A DNA stretch of 64,000 nt, taken from assembly GCA_963803675.1 (NCBI GenBank), contig CAWDNN010000002.1, positions 1,567-65,566 on the forward strand, read 5' to 3'. The DNA comes from an uncultured Acidobacteriota bacterium (GTDB lineage Bacteria; Acidobacteriota; Terriglobia; Acidiferrales; UBA7541). The notes below the pieces were generated by a model that saw only the letters and a program-made list of their open reading frames with translations, was not told the origin of the DNA and made no database searches. The position numbers and the translations under genes are program-made. Positions 1-10,379 of this stretch are shown here, one piece after another (position 1 is the first letter of the stretch; the number at the start of each line of letters is the position of its first letter).

Positions 1-474
1 CACACCGCCGGAATGACAGTGGGAATCGTAGCAACGAGCTTGGTCGTCTGGCCCGCAGCTCCATTCTTTCTCTTCATGCACGGCAAAGACATCACAATCC
101 CCGAGGGAACTGAGATAACAGCCTTCACGAATGGAGATACTCGGCTAGAACCTGCGAAGTTCGGCGTCAGGATCGCGGAAACAAATGCGGCTGCGAACGA
201 TGCGGTTTCTAACCAGGTGTCGGGCGACAAGCCGTACCTACTCGCGGCGTTGACGACGCATTATCGGTGGTGACGTTTCGGGCAAGCCCGGCGGGGCCGA
301 AATACCGTTGACGGAAAATACGTCGGCGATGCTCCCTCCACGCTCAAAGTTCAACCGGGGGATCACACAATCGTGATTCAGAAGACCGGATTTAGCCCCT
401 GGCAGCGGACTCTGACGGTTGCATCCGGCGCAACGCTGACCGTTAATGCCACCCTTGAAAAACCGCAACAATAG
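1..474 (+). pseudogene. PEGA domain-containing protein, C-terminal part (5' end outside window; reading frame interrupted)
   Basis: Frame 1 reads ...FLFMHGKDITIPEGTEITAF... and hits TGA at 271-273. The PEGA signature continues as VSGKPGGAEI in another frame (~277-306). It then resumes in frame 1 as TVDGKYVGDAPSTLKVQPGDHTIVIQKTGFSPWQRTLTVASGATLTVNATLEK, ending at TAG 472-474. Confidence 0.5.
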
Positions 475-720
475 CGGTCGTCCGGTTCGAGTGTGCATCG
501 GCTCACCTACGGCGCGACAAGTGCAAATGGCAAGCGGTAGGATTAAGAAATGGGCAGCAATCCACCGAGCGACCCTCTCGCTGAAATCAAATAGAAATTC
601 CAGCAGGAGATACTGGGCTGCGTTCGCGGCGGGAATCTGGCGCATGCTTGGAAGGGAGAAGTCTCTATAGCGGCGATGCTTGAAAGAAACGAGCCTGATG
701 CAAAGAATCGGGGAACGATC

Positions 721-1109
721 ATGATGCTCCTGCAAGGACGCGTTGATAAAGTTGGAGGGGTGGGGGACTTTCGGCGGCGCATGACCAAGTTTCCCGAAGC
801 GTTCGAAAGGGCCGCCGGGGAAAAGCTGTTCCCTGGTACTTGAATGTTGATGTGAAGCGAAAGATACCCGTCAGGGAGCACTTTCAGAATTCGGGTATCG
901 AGATTAATGAACCGGAACAGGACCTGCTGTTCGAGGTGTGCCGCATAAATGGGATTTGGGCTTATAGAATTCGACCGCTGAATCTCGTCGACGGCCGTGG
1001 CGGTCACGGAGACCGCATACTTGAAATAGCTTGCGCTCAGGAAATTCCAGACGTTTCCCACGGGAGCGTGGTCGAAATCGCCCTCTTTCGGGCCGACATC
1101 GACTTGTGA
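721..1109 (+). pseudogene. DUF120 / CTP-dependent riboflavin kinase-like protein (one frameshift near 838)
   Basis: MMLLQGRVDKVGGVGDFRRRMTKFPEAFERAAGEKLFPGT stops at TGA ~841. The next frame (ORF 840..1109) continues NVDVKRKIP...GHGDRILEIACAQEI...GSVVEIALF. One extra T in ACTTGAAT would restore the family hallmark FPGTLNV. An alternative in-frame ATG lies at 677. Confidence 0.45.
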
Positions 1110-1372
1110 GAAACGGGTTGGCTACAGCGCCGATCCCGCTCGGCCTGAATCGCAGCAGGAACGGCAGCGTTTGTGCTGTGCTGCATTGTGGTGGATCTGG
1201 CTGCGCGAGCACACCGACGGCAAGGGCCGGCGCGGTCTGCGATATTTTTGCGCATTAGCTCGCGCACTTCTATAGGCGAGAGGAAAGGAATATACTCGCC
1301 GCAACGGCCTCAAACGTTCTTACGCCGCACGATGGGGTGGTGAACTTCGGACGTTCAGATCGCCGAGCTCCG

Positions 1373-2429
1373 ATGAAGCATCTCGTACGGGCAACGGTGT
1401 TTTCCCTCGCGGTTCTCGCAGTTTTTCTATCTCCTCCTCTCTGCGGCCGGGCCGCGGCGCCGGTTGAGCAAATGCGGGCACTCGATTCGGGCTTGACGGT
1501 TCACGTCCAGGAGGCGAGTGGGGAGCCGATCCTCGTGGAGGCTGTCGTGACGCTTACGTCTTCCGAAGGGTTAGGAATTCAGACGGAGGTCACTCATCAG
1601 GGAGGCGTCGCGGATTTTACCCGTATTTCGCCCGGCGATTACACGATTCAAGTGACCGCCCCCGGCTATCGAACCGCGCGAGACGACGTCAACGTTTCTT
1701 AAAGGAGGAACGACCGAAACTTTCATCTCGCTCAATCCGGCGGGCCAATCCGCAGGCGCCAAGCCATATCCCGGAGTTCCGCTTCTCGCCGGAAAAGCGC
1801 GCAAAGAGCTGGATGCCGCAATCAAGTCTTTGCAGGCGAACCACGCCGCGGAGGCCTCGGCTCACATCGCGAATGCTCTTAAACGCGCCCCGGCCCATCC
1901 GGACGTTCAGTATGTCGCCGGCCTATGTGCGTTGGCGCAAAGGAATTCAGCCGCGGCACAGAAATACTATGAAACCGCGATTGGAATTTATCCGAACCAC
2001 GTCGGTGCGCAGATCGGGCTCGGAGCCTTGCTCTTGCAACAACATGACGCCGCAGGCGCGGTGACTCACCTGGAGAAAGCGCTCTCGATCGACCCGAATA
2101 ACTGGCGCGCGCACTGGCTGATTGCCGAAGCCTACCTGTCGGCGGATCACGACGCCGCCAAAGCCAAATCCCACGCCAACCGAGCGATCGAACTGGGTGG
2201 CGACAAAGCCGTGGACGCCCAGGTGACTCTGGCTCGCGCTGAAATTATGGCGGGTGAACGGGACGCGGCGCGGAACCGCTTGCAAAAGTTTGTGCACGAT
2301 TACCCGAACCACTCGAGCGTTCCTCGCGCGCAGGAGCTTCTGCGCGAACTGGACACCCCGCCCGGCGGTGCCGCTCCGCACAGTGAGATTCACAGACCAA
2401 CGGCTCCGTCCCTGCGAGCGATGCTCTGA
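1373..2429 (+). pseudogene. Secreted carboxypeptidase-regulatory-like domain + TPR repeat protein (frameshift near 1695)
   Basis: Signal peptide MKHLVRATVFSLAVLAVFL, then a CarboxypepD_reg-like segment (GVADFTRISPGDYTIQVTAPGYRTARDDVNVS). After the stop at 1700-1702 the +1 frame continues KGGTTETFISLNP...KELDAAIKSLQANH directly into ORF 1830..2429, which carries TPR-like repeats (YYETAIGIYPNH, LEKALSIDPNN). Confidence 0.55.
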
Positions 2430-2539
2430 TGCCAATTTCGTTGTGTGGGACCTGGTGGAAGCGTCGATGCGCGCATCTTCGTCCACATCGGAAATTCCGG
2501 TTCTATGTGAAAGGGGAATCAGAATGCGCATCCGGCAAG

Positions 2540-3536
2540 GTGGCTGATGCCATACTGCTGGCGCTGGACTTGCTCTGGCTTTTCGGATCGGTCGCAGCGC
2601 GAGCCGCAGCGCCAGCCTCGGCCGAAGCACCGGGCTACGACGCAATCTACGTCTTCGGCGATAGCTACTGCGATGTCGGAAATATCTATGCGGCGACCGG
2701 AGGCGCGACTCGCACCTTCGCCGCCTTACTTGGATGCGGGCCAATTATCAAACGAACCCCTCGGTTGAGCACATCGCCAACGCTTTGGGGCCTACCCATG
2801 AAGGCGTCATTGCTCGGCGGCACGAGTCTCTACGCCTTCGGCGGAGCCTATGTCTTGAGTGATCAAGTCACCCTCCTGGGAGCGATTCCAAGCGTGCGCA
2901 TCGAGTTGATTGTATCTGAGCCAACATGGTGGCCACGCAGACCCGAATACACTCTACATCCTGGAGGGCGGGGAGGAAATGGTGGGACATGCGCTGTTTC
3001 GGGGCAAGACGGCGTGGCGGCGGTGACTTGATCTCAGATCGCGCTTGGCATCTCAGGAAGCGATGCTGCTACGCCGGGCGAGCGCCGAGCATCTGATACA
3101 GATCTTCTGGAATTAGGTGCAGTTCTGCCTGCGGCGCAGGCCAATGCAAGCTTTGCATCCGCGGCTCGCTGGCAACGAACCGGGCGCTCGACCTGTTACT
3201 CGAAACTAAGGAGTTCCTCGAGAGGTATTCATCCATCGGCTGGACGTGTTCAGCCTGTTCCATGACGTTGCGAAGGATTCCCCACACTTCGGATTCACGA
3301 ACATTACCACTCCCTGCCTAAGCCCGACGCTCGTGGTGTGCGCCGACCCGGATCATACGCTCTTCTTGGATACCGAGCATCCGACGGAGTTTGGCCATGC
3401 GTTTTTCGCCGTGGCTGTGGAAGCGAGCCTCAGCCACACGGACGACGTAAACCTGAGACATTGGTTAGCTGCGTGGGAAAGGCTATTGTGGCGGAGCATG
3501 CAGCGCGGCGCGGAGCGCTTGCAGACGTTCCTCTGA
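2540..3536 (+). pseudogene. SGNH/GDSL family lipase/esterase (multiple frameshifts; 3' end uncertain)
   Basis: GTG 2540 gives a signal-like N-terminus, then block I YDAIYVFGDSYCDVGN. PSPPY..LSN, VEHIANALG and LPMKASLLGGTSLYAFGGA lie in three different frames between 2700 and 2830. The C-terminal block FGFTNITTPCL...LFLDTEHPTEFGH is in ORF 3246..3536. Confidence 0.55.
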
Positions 3537-6031
3537 GCCTACGAACAGGTTCACGGGAAGCGGCGGTAGCGGAGCATTTCGTCGTAGATGGACGCCTCCT
3601 CGGCTGTCGTTCAGCGCCATGCCGGCCAGGTATTGCAGCCGGAGATTGCTGTCGCGATTGATTTGCGCGCCGGCGAGCCAGGGCTGCAGGTCGGGCTCCT
3701 GGCCGGCGTAGGTCGAAAGCAAATCGATGGCGGAGTTGAAGCCCACATCGCGCAGCGATTGCACCACGCGCGCATAGTCGGGACGGTCCAGGCGCTGTCG
3801 AGATCGTCCACGTTGATCTTCATCGGCTCGGCCTGCCCCAGCAGGAACACGTCGTAGCCTTCGCCGTCCGCGGTGTTGGCCCAGATCGTGCCGTTCGGGA
3901 AAAACGGCGAAAAACGTGGCGATTTCGCTCTTCACCGTGTCCTCATCGCTCTCATAGAGCGGCACCCACTGCGTGACGATGCCGCCCGGATTCAGATGCT
4001 CCTTCACCAGCTCGAAATATTCCTTCGAATAAAGCGTGGCGCTGCCTTTGACCCAGGGATGGATCGGGTCGGAGGTGATGATGTCGAATTTTTCGGGCGT
4101 GGTCAGGACGAAGTGGCGCGCATCGTCGTAGACGATCTGCGTGCGCGGATCGTGCAGCACGTTGTAATTTTCCTTGGCCGAAATACTCGCGTGGCGACCG
4201 GCGGAATCAGCGGTTCGATTTCGCAGATCACGATGCGCTGCACTTCGGGATGCACGACGAAGGTGCCCGGCCGTGACGCCCGCGCCGAATCCCACCACGA
4301 GCACCGAGCGCGGATTGCGGATGCAGCAGCGCCGGCATGTGGCCGAGCATGCGCTGCAGGCGCATGTCGTAACGGCTCCGTGCGAAGCTTCCACTTTGCC
4401 GCTCACGTGGAACTGCATCGCGCCATCGCTCCAAACGCGAAATCGCGATCGAGGAGTTCATGCCTTCGCCCGTATAGAGCATGTGCGCGCTGGCCGACGC
4501 CGTCATGATGCGGCGTCCATAGGCGATCAGGTGCCGGCGGAATCGGCGACGACTCCGCCAGCGAGAAGCCCGGCGAGCACGATCGCCAGCCGCGAGCGAC
4601 ATGCCGCCGTCAATCGAGCGCTGCGCCGGATGCAGCGGCGCGAGCACCACGAGCGCGCGCTAGCGGCGGAAATCACGATCAGCACGCGCTCGCGACTGCT
4701 GCGTGCCGATCCAGGGAATCAGGATCATGCTGAAGGCGAGCGCGCCAACGATGGCGCCGGCGGTGTTCGCGGCGTAGACGCCGCCGACCAGGCGGCCGGG
4801 ATCGCTCATCGCGCGACGCCGCGGCGCCAGCGCCAGCGGAAAGCTTGCGCCCCAGAGAAGCGTGGCGGGCAGAATCGCCCAGATGCACGCGCGCGAGATC
4901 GATTTGAAAAGTGAACCACGGGCTCGTCGAGAGCATCGGGTTGATCGGCCAGATACGGGAATCGACTTGGCGAGCATGAACGCCGTCCACGCGATGCGGC
5001 CGCGGCGAGCAGCAGCTGGCAATAGCCGAGAGCCGCTTGCGCCCGTACACTGCGCGAACGAGCCACGATCCGGCGCCGCTGCCGATCGCCAGTCCGACCA
5101 GAAAGACCGCCAGGATGATCGAGAAAGTGTAGACCGTTGCGCCGAGCAGCAGGCCCAGCAGGCGCGTCCAGACCACTTCCGCTCCCAACGCGCGATGCGC
5201 CGGAGAGAGCGATGGTGAGGTAGATCGGCCAGACGGACGCTTCCGCGGCGGTCCGCCAGATGCCTGCTGCGATTTGGCAGCGCCGCCGCTCGAGCCGCGC
5301 TATCCGGCAATGACGATTGATCGGCGTGCGCGAGACGAGGTAGAAGCTGACCAGCGCCACCAGCAAATTGATCGCCGCGGCGACGAGGTCGCCGTCGCCA
5401 TGTTGAAAACGCGCAGCAGATAGAAACCGGCCAGCAGGCAGCCGAACACCGCGCCCGCAGTGTTGCCGCCATAGAGGAACCCGAGCCAGGAGACGCCGCG
5501 CCGCGTGGTTTGAATCCAGCGCGAAATGGCGGGCAGCGACGCGCCCATCAGGAAGGTGGGCGGCAGCAGACAGATCGCGCAAATCAGCGCGCGCAACAGA
5601 ATGGCGGGCAGACCGTGGCCCACGGCGGCGACGTAAACGTAGTCCACCAGCGGCATCGCAAACAGCACCAGCAATGCCGCAGAGTGCCGATGCCAAGTTC
5701 GATCAGCGCGTAGACACGCAGCGGATGCGCTCGCGCGCGGCGCGGATGCGCGGCAGCGCAAGGCTGCCCAGGCAAAGGCCGCCCATGAACGTCGCGAGCA
5801 AGAACGCCGAGTGAAACCGCCGTGGAGCCGATCACCAGCTGCAGCAACTGGTACCAGACGATTTCGTAGATCAGCGCGGCGCAGCCGCTGCCCGCGAAAG
5901 AAGAGCAAGAGCAGCGGTAGATAACGCGAGTCATTCGCGCTCGCCGCACGCGCGTTCGCCGTGCGCTCGTTCTTCACCGTGGCCAAGGTCGGGTCCCCAT
6001 TCTTCTCTGCTGGAACCGCGGACATTACCAT
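3483..6031 (-). pseudogene. Fused polytopic membrane (MFS-like) / spermidine synthase-like protein (many frameshifts)
   Basis: The N-terminal membrane part (LLLLFFAGSGCAALIYEIVWYQLLQLVIGST) is split over ORFs 5584..5949, 5300..6562, 4806..5696 and 4660..5472. The C-terminal methyltransferase-fold part is VLVVGFGAGVT...FDIITSDPIHPWVKGSATLYSKEYFELVKEHLNPGGIVTQW in ORF 3483..4418. The ATG at 6031 is read from the sequence. Confidence 0.65.
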
Positions 6032-6120
6032 ATCGCACGCACCCGCGAAATCCAGACCAGAAGGTTTGCAGGCGCCCACCTCTGCAAAACCGGGCGGGTT
6101 ACACAGGCTGTATCCGAAGG

Positions 6121-6771
6121 CTATAGGAGGATCAAACCTTGCCGAGCACCAATGGCCACGGCTTCGGCACGCGTGGAGGCATTCAGCTTGTTGAAGAGGG
6201 AGGCGATGTGGAATTTGACGGTGTGCTCGGAGATCTTCAGTTGCCAGGCGATTTCCTTGTTCGCCAGTCCGGCGGCAAGCAAGTTCAGAATTTCGCTCTC
6301 GCGCGGCGAGAGCTGTCTGAAACGCCGCGTCGCCCGAACGGGGCGGCGCTGCCGGCGCCACATACCCCGCAACATCCGGATGGACACCAGTAATCCAGCG
6401 GCAACACCTTCGATGGCCGCCACAATTTCGAAGTCGCTTGCCGAGTCGGGCAGCACGCCGCGAATCCGGATTCATCGCCGCGCATCGCGTCGAGAGCAGC
6501 AGCAAATCCGCCTTCCGCCGCCAGCACACTGCCGACCGATCTGCTCCGCCGCATCCATCCACGTGGACGTCGCCTCCGAATCAAAGTCGGCTTGCGCGAG
6601 CAGCACGTCGGGTTGCGCACACCGATTTCGTCCTCGAGCCCGCGCAACCGAGATGGCTTCCCGCAAGCCGAAGCCACGGCGCGGCCGAACAATTTCCTCG
6701 AGCCGGTAAGTTCGTCGACCGGCTTCGGCGCAAACCAAAACTTTGATCTGTGATTGCTCGTTCGCGCTCAA
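6121..6771 (-). pseudogene. LuxR/NarL-family response regulator (frameshifted; receiver looks atypical)
   Basis: C-terminal GerE HTH: LSPRESEILNLLAAGLANKEIAWQLKISEHTVKFHIASLFNKLNASTRAEAV (ORF 6121..6456). The receiver-like N-terminus SQIKVLVCAEAG...PDVLLAQADFD is in ORF 6472..6942. A candidate TTG start at 6771 overlaps the upstream stop codon. Confidence 0.55.
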
Positions 6772-7696
6772 TTTGCGGCCGGCTCTTCTCCTACCGTAAC
6801 CGACGCGTCCACCAGCTTCCCACCACGAATGATAGACGCCGTCAAGCGGTTTTCCGATGCGTTCGGGGCGAGATAGGTCTGCACGTCGCGCAACCTGCGT
6901 AGAGGCTTCGGCGTCAAAAGCCACAAGAATATCGCCAAGCATTAGGCCAGCTTCGCCGCGGGACTCTCCGGCTCAACGGCCATCACCATGATGCCGGCTC
7001 GGCCGAAAGCTTGAGCGATTCGCGGACGGCTGGTGGCAAGGCCACTGGCGCCATGCCGACGCCTAAATAGCCATGCCCGATGCGGCCTTTCGTTTCGAGT
7101 TCGGCGGCAACGCGGTGGACGGTGGAAGCTGGATCACAACCGCTGCGAAGCTCGAAAGCGCCGAAGTGTTGATGCCCAGCACGCGACCCTGATCGTCTAT
7201 CGCCGGGCCTCCTGAAAAGTTGGGGTGCAAGTTGCGGTCGAGACGCAGCGTTTGATCGAGCGCGCCGCCGCGCCAGGTTCGCCATGCGAGGCCGGTCACG
7301 CTGACAAGCGCGATCGCCGCTCGCGGGCTGCCCTCCGCGGTGCAGGCCGCAGCCAAAATGAAGTGGCCCGGCTTCAACGTGGAAGTTTCAGCCGATCTCC
7401 GCCATGGGCAGATCTGTGCCATTGATTTTGAGTAGCGCGATGTCGGTGCTGGGATCCCGGCCGGCCAGTTTTGCGCTGGTGGTGCGGCCGCCCGGCAACG
7501 TTACGTTGATTTCGTCGTCCCGCTCGAGAGCGTGATTGGCCGTGACGATAAGGCCAAGCCGCCAGTGCACCCCGCTCGCGGGGATGCGCCGCCTGCCGTG
7601 TACGGCCACGATTGCGCGCGCGGCCTTTTCCACCGCGCTTGCCGTCTGGTTCGAAAGCGATTGCCAAGTTCCTGTCGCTGAAGATTGTTCCTGCAT
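6768..7696 (-). pseudogene. Trypsin-like serine protease with C-terminal PDZ (S1C/HtrA-like; frameshifted)
   Basis: ATG at 7696 is preceded by GGAGG. Catalytic-triad context: LIVTANHAL (His), DIALLKI (Asp), NFSGGPAIDDQGRVLGINTS (Ser). The PDZ-like tail GYLGVGMAPV...GIMVMAVEPESPAAKAGLMLGDILVAFD...IIRGGKLVDASVTVGEE is spread over four ORF fragments. Stop TGA at 6768-6770. Confidence 0.6.
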
Positions 7697-8100
7697 GGTT
7701 CCTCCCAAAGTTCGCGTTCGGTGTTCGCTGATCGGAACAAGATTCAGCGTAGCGCGTGCGCTGAGCGTTTACATCGCCCGAACGGCTAGGTAAGGGGCTT
7801 TGTTGGATTACCGGCTGGAGAACAGGGGGCCCGGCGCGAGGGGGCGTGCGCCGGGCCACAGGGGGCTGGCTGCGGACTTGTACAGACAAACTTGCAGCGA
7901 CAAACCTACGTGTTGAAAATCAGTAAAGCAAACAAGCTCTGGAACGACCGTAAGGCGATGCCGCGGATTATCCTGCGCCGGGGATGGCGCAGGTCCATAT
8001 TTGGCAGTATCGGTATACACGTTATGGCTGCCCGTGTCCACTGTCATCGTGCGCGCGTCACGTGGTGTCTGATCGTGTCTGCGAACGAGTGGGCGGCGTA

Positions 8101-8116
8101 TTAAGGATTGCTTAAG
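8101..8116 (+). promoter_or_regulatory. Direct repeat TTAAG-N6-TTAAG (candidate OmpR-family regulator box) upstream of the two-component operon
   Basis: TTAAGgattgcTTAAG. The second repeat sits where a -35 element would be, 19 nt upstream of TAGAAT (8136-8141) and ~50 nt upstream of the regulator start at 8164. The same 11-bp-phased repeat recurs at 10364-10379. Confidence 0.35.
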
Positions 8117-8163
8117 CGGGCGCGGTTTATACGGGTAGAATGCTTGTGCCGGAGCAAGTCACG

Positions 8164-8877
8164 ATGCGAGTCCTGGTGGTCGAAGACGAAAAGCGTCTGG
8201 CGGAAAACATCGCGCGCGGACTGCGCGACGGCGCGGGCTACGCTGTGGACCACGCTCCGGACGGCGAAGAAGCGCTCTTCTCGCTCGCGTCCACCGAATA
8301 CGATTTGATCGTGTTGGACTTGATGCTTCCGCGCCGCAGCGGCGAGGAAGTGGTCCGGGAATTGCGCCAGCGGGGCGAGACGGTCCCCGTTCTCATCCTG
8401 ACGGCGCGCGACGAGCGCGAGTCCATCGTTGCGTTGCTCAACGCCGGCGCGGATGACTACGTCACGAAGCCGTTCGATCTTGGCGAGCTGATCGCCCGCG
8501 CGAAGGCGTTGATTCGCCGTGGCAAAGGACAAGCCGCCGCGGTCCTCCACGCCGGTGACCTTGAGCTGGACAGCGCGCGCCGGCAGGTTCGCCGGGCAGG
8601 CCGCGAACTTGCTCTGACGCCGATGGAGTATCGGGTCCTCGAATACCTGGTGCACCGGCAGGGCACTGTGGTGTCGAAAACCGAATTACTGGAGCACCTC
8701 TACGATTACAACTGGGAAAAATTCAGCAATGTGATCGAGGTCTACATCTCGGGCCTGCGCCGCAAGATTGACGAAGGCTCGGCCGACCGGCTGATCCACA
8801 CGCTGCGCGGACACGGCTATGTCTTGCGCCGGGAACACGTGGTGAAAGCTCGTGCGGAAGCGGAGACGCGCCGATGA
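8164..8877 (+). CDS. OmpR/PhoB-family response regulator (CusR/CzcR-like)
   Basis: MRVLVVEDEKRLAENIARGL...YDLIVLDLMLPRRSGEEV...ILTARD...GADDYVTKPF receiver. Winged-helix C-terminus LTPMEYRVLEYLVHRQGTVVSKTELLEHLYD...VIEVYISGLRRKID. Intact ORF; the ATG at 8164 is chosen over the upstream in-frame ATG at 8140. Confidence 0.9.
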   Translation: MRVLVVEDEKRLAENIARGLRDGAGYAVDHAPDGEEALFSLASTEYDLIVLDLMLPRRSGEEVVRELRQRGETVPVLILTARDERESIVALLNAGADDYVTKPFDLGELIARAKALIRRGKGQAAAVLHAGDLELDSARRQVRRAGRELALTPMEYRVLEYLVHRQGTVVSKTELLEHLYDYNWEKFSNVIEVYISGLRRKIDEGSADRLIHTLRGHGYVLRREHVVKARAEAETRR

Positions 8878-10367
8878 GGCCGCGATCGCTCACCATGCGC
8901 ATTTTGGCGTGGGTTGTTCTTCTGGACGTTGGTCTGGCGGGGCTGATGCTCGGCATCGGCATATTTGTCGCGCGGACCGAGTTGGTTTCCGCGTTTGACT
9001 CGAGCTTGCACCAGAAAACGCTGAGCCTGCGCGCGCTCGTGCGCTATCCCGAAAACAACAGTCCGCGCCTGATTTTCGACCCCACGGGGCTTCCCCCATC
9101 GGCGGACGCCGTGCATCCCGATATGTTCGCGATATATCTGTCGGACGGCACGATGCTCGCACATTCTCCTAGCTGGAATGGATTGCCGCCGGGAGCGCGG
9201 CTGTCGGGAGGCGGGATTGCGCGGTTTCGGCAAGCAGGCGTGCCCTTCCGCGCGCTAGTGATGCGCGACATCGAAATCCTCGACCGAGAAGACGAATCTG
9301 GGCGCGCCGGAGCAAAAATCACGGTGGTTTACGCATCAACCCTGCTTGGCGTGCGCCAGCGGGTTTGGCGAGTGGGCCTTTATCTCGGCGCGGCCTGCCT
9401 GTTGCTGGTGGCGGTCGCCGCGTGGCTCACGGTATGGACGATCCGGCGCAGCTTGGCGCCGCTGCATGAGCTCGCGGCGCGCGCCGGAGCAATCACCGTA
9501 AGGCAATGGTCTTTTGAAGCTCCCCCGTCTGCGGTAGCCACCCCGGAACTGCGTCCGCTCACGCAAGCGCTCGAGACCCTCATCTCTCGATTGCACGATT
9601 CCTTTGCGCGGCAGCGAGGGTTCACCAGCGATCTGGCGCACGAGTTGAAAACCGCGGTGGCGATTATCAAGTCGAGCTTGCAGGTGCTTCTGCAAGCGCC
9701 CCGCACCGCGCTCGAGTATCACGCCGGCGCTGAAGCCCTACTCGGGGATTGCGAGCGACTGGAATCGTTGGTGGAGAGAATGCTCCGGTTGGCTCGTGCC
9801 GAGCAGTTTGCCGAGCACGGCACGCCCAGACAGATCGCGCGCGTGGACCTGATGTCCACGTGCGATGCGGCCCTCAGCCGCGTTGCGGCGCTGGCCAATT
9901 CGAAAGACGTGCAATTGAAGCTCGAAGGCATTTCGAACGCCCAGGTGGCAGCCGATCCCGATGATCTGGAGCTTGTGTGGGTGAATCTGCTCGATAATGC
10001 CGTGCGCTACAGCACTCCAGGCTCGACAGTGACGTTGCGCCTGCGCGACCTGCAAAATGGAGGAGCGGCGCTCTGCGTCGAAGATTCGGGCGAAGGCATT
10101 CTGGCGGCGGATCTTCCGCACGTGTTCGAGCGCTTTCGCCGCGGCAATGGCGTGTTCGCGCGCTCCGCCGGGGGGTTTGGCCTGGGGCTCGCCATTTGCA
10201 AGACGATTGTCGAAGCCTATAGCGGCTCTATCGCGCTGGAAAGCCAGCCCGGGCAGGGGACTCGGGTGTGCGTCAAATTGCCGGCGGTCGTGGCCGAAGC
10301 CGAAGGCATGCCGGTGAAACCTGAAATGCCCACTGGTCCCGCCCCTCAGCCGGTCTTCAAGCGTTAA
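8874..10367 (+). CDS. Sensor histidine kinase (two TM segments, HAMP, HisKA, HATPase_c), partner of the upstream regulator
   Basis: ATGA start/stop overlap with the regulator gene. H-box FTSDLAHELKTAVAII, N-box VNLLDNAVRYS, G-boxes EDSGEGI and GGFGLGLAICKTIVEAYSGSIALES. Intact 497-aa ORF. Confidence 0.9.
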   Translation: MRPRSLTMRILAWVVLLDVGLAGLMLGIGIFVARTELVSAFDSSLHQKTLSLRALVRYPENNSPRLIFDPTGLPPSADAVHPDMFAIYLSDGTMLAHSPSWNGLPPGARLSGGGIARFRQAGVPFRALVMRDIEILDREDESGRAGAKITVVYASTLLGVRQRVWRVGLYLGAACLLLVAVAAWLTVWTIRRSLAPLHELAARAGAITVRQWSFEAPPSAVATPELRPLTQALETLISRLHDSFARQRGFTSDLAHELKTAVAIIKSSLQVLLQAPRTALEYHAGAEALLGDCERLESLVERMLRLARAEQFAEHGTPRQIARVDLMSTCDAALSRVAALANSKDVQLKLEGISNAQVAADPDDLELVWVNLLDNAVRYSTPGSTVTLRLRDLQNGGAALCVEDSGEGILAADLPHVFERFRRGNGVFARSAGGFGLGLAICKTIVEAYSGSIALESQPGQGTRVCVKLPAVVAEAEGMPVKPEMPTGPAPQPVFKR

Positions 10368-10379
10368 GCTCTACTTAAG
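10364..10379 (+). promoter_or_regulatory. Second TTAAG-N6-TTAAG direct repeat, upstream of the RND efflux operon
   Basis: TTAAGctctacTTAAG overlaps the kinase stop codon (TAA 10365-10367) and lies ~90 nt upstream of the outer membrane factor start at 10468. It has the same repeat unit and spacing as 8101-8116, and the extended unit TTAAGGATT is shared. Confidence 0.35.

Noticed and set aside
271-273. In-frame TGA and the many frame changes as recoding (selenocysteine or programmed frameshifting)
   Set aside because: I saw no SECIS-like hairpin and no slippery heptamer plus downstream structure. The number and block distribution of events, compensated +1/-1 pairs, and hits in rpsT and holA all fit sequence error far better than programmed recoding.
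475-720. Possible FMN riboswitch or small gene upstream of the riboflavin-kinase-like gene; minus-strand peptide MRQIPAANAAQYLLLEFLFDFSERVARWIAAHF
   Set aside because: I could not find the conserved RFN core elements by eye. The minus-strand ORF has no recognisable family, SD or partner gene. The evidence is insufficient to call either; the region is left unannotated.
5300-6562. 420-aa minus-strand ORF, the longest ORF in the first 8 kb
   Set aside because: Its translation is Arg/Cys-rich and only short pieces match real protein (LPLLLLFF..., LuxR segments). It is a run-on frame crossing the intergenic gap between the LuxR gene and the fused spermidine-synthase gene, so it is not a gene of its own.
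7885-7935. Three CAAAC pentamers (7887, 7901, 7929) in the 470-nt region between the protease operon and the response regulator gene
   Set aside because: The motif is too short and too loosely spaced to distinguish from chance without genome-wide statistics or conservation.
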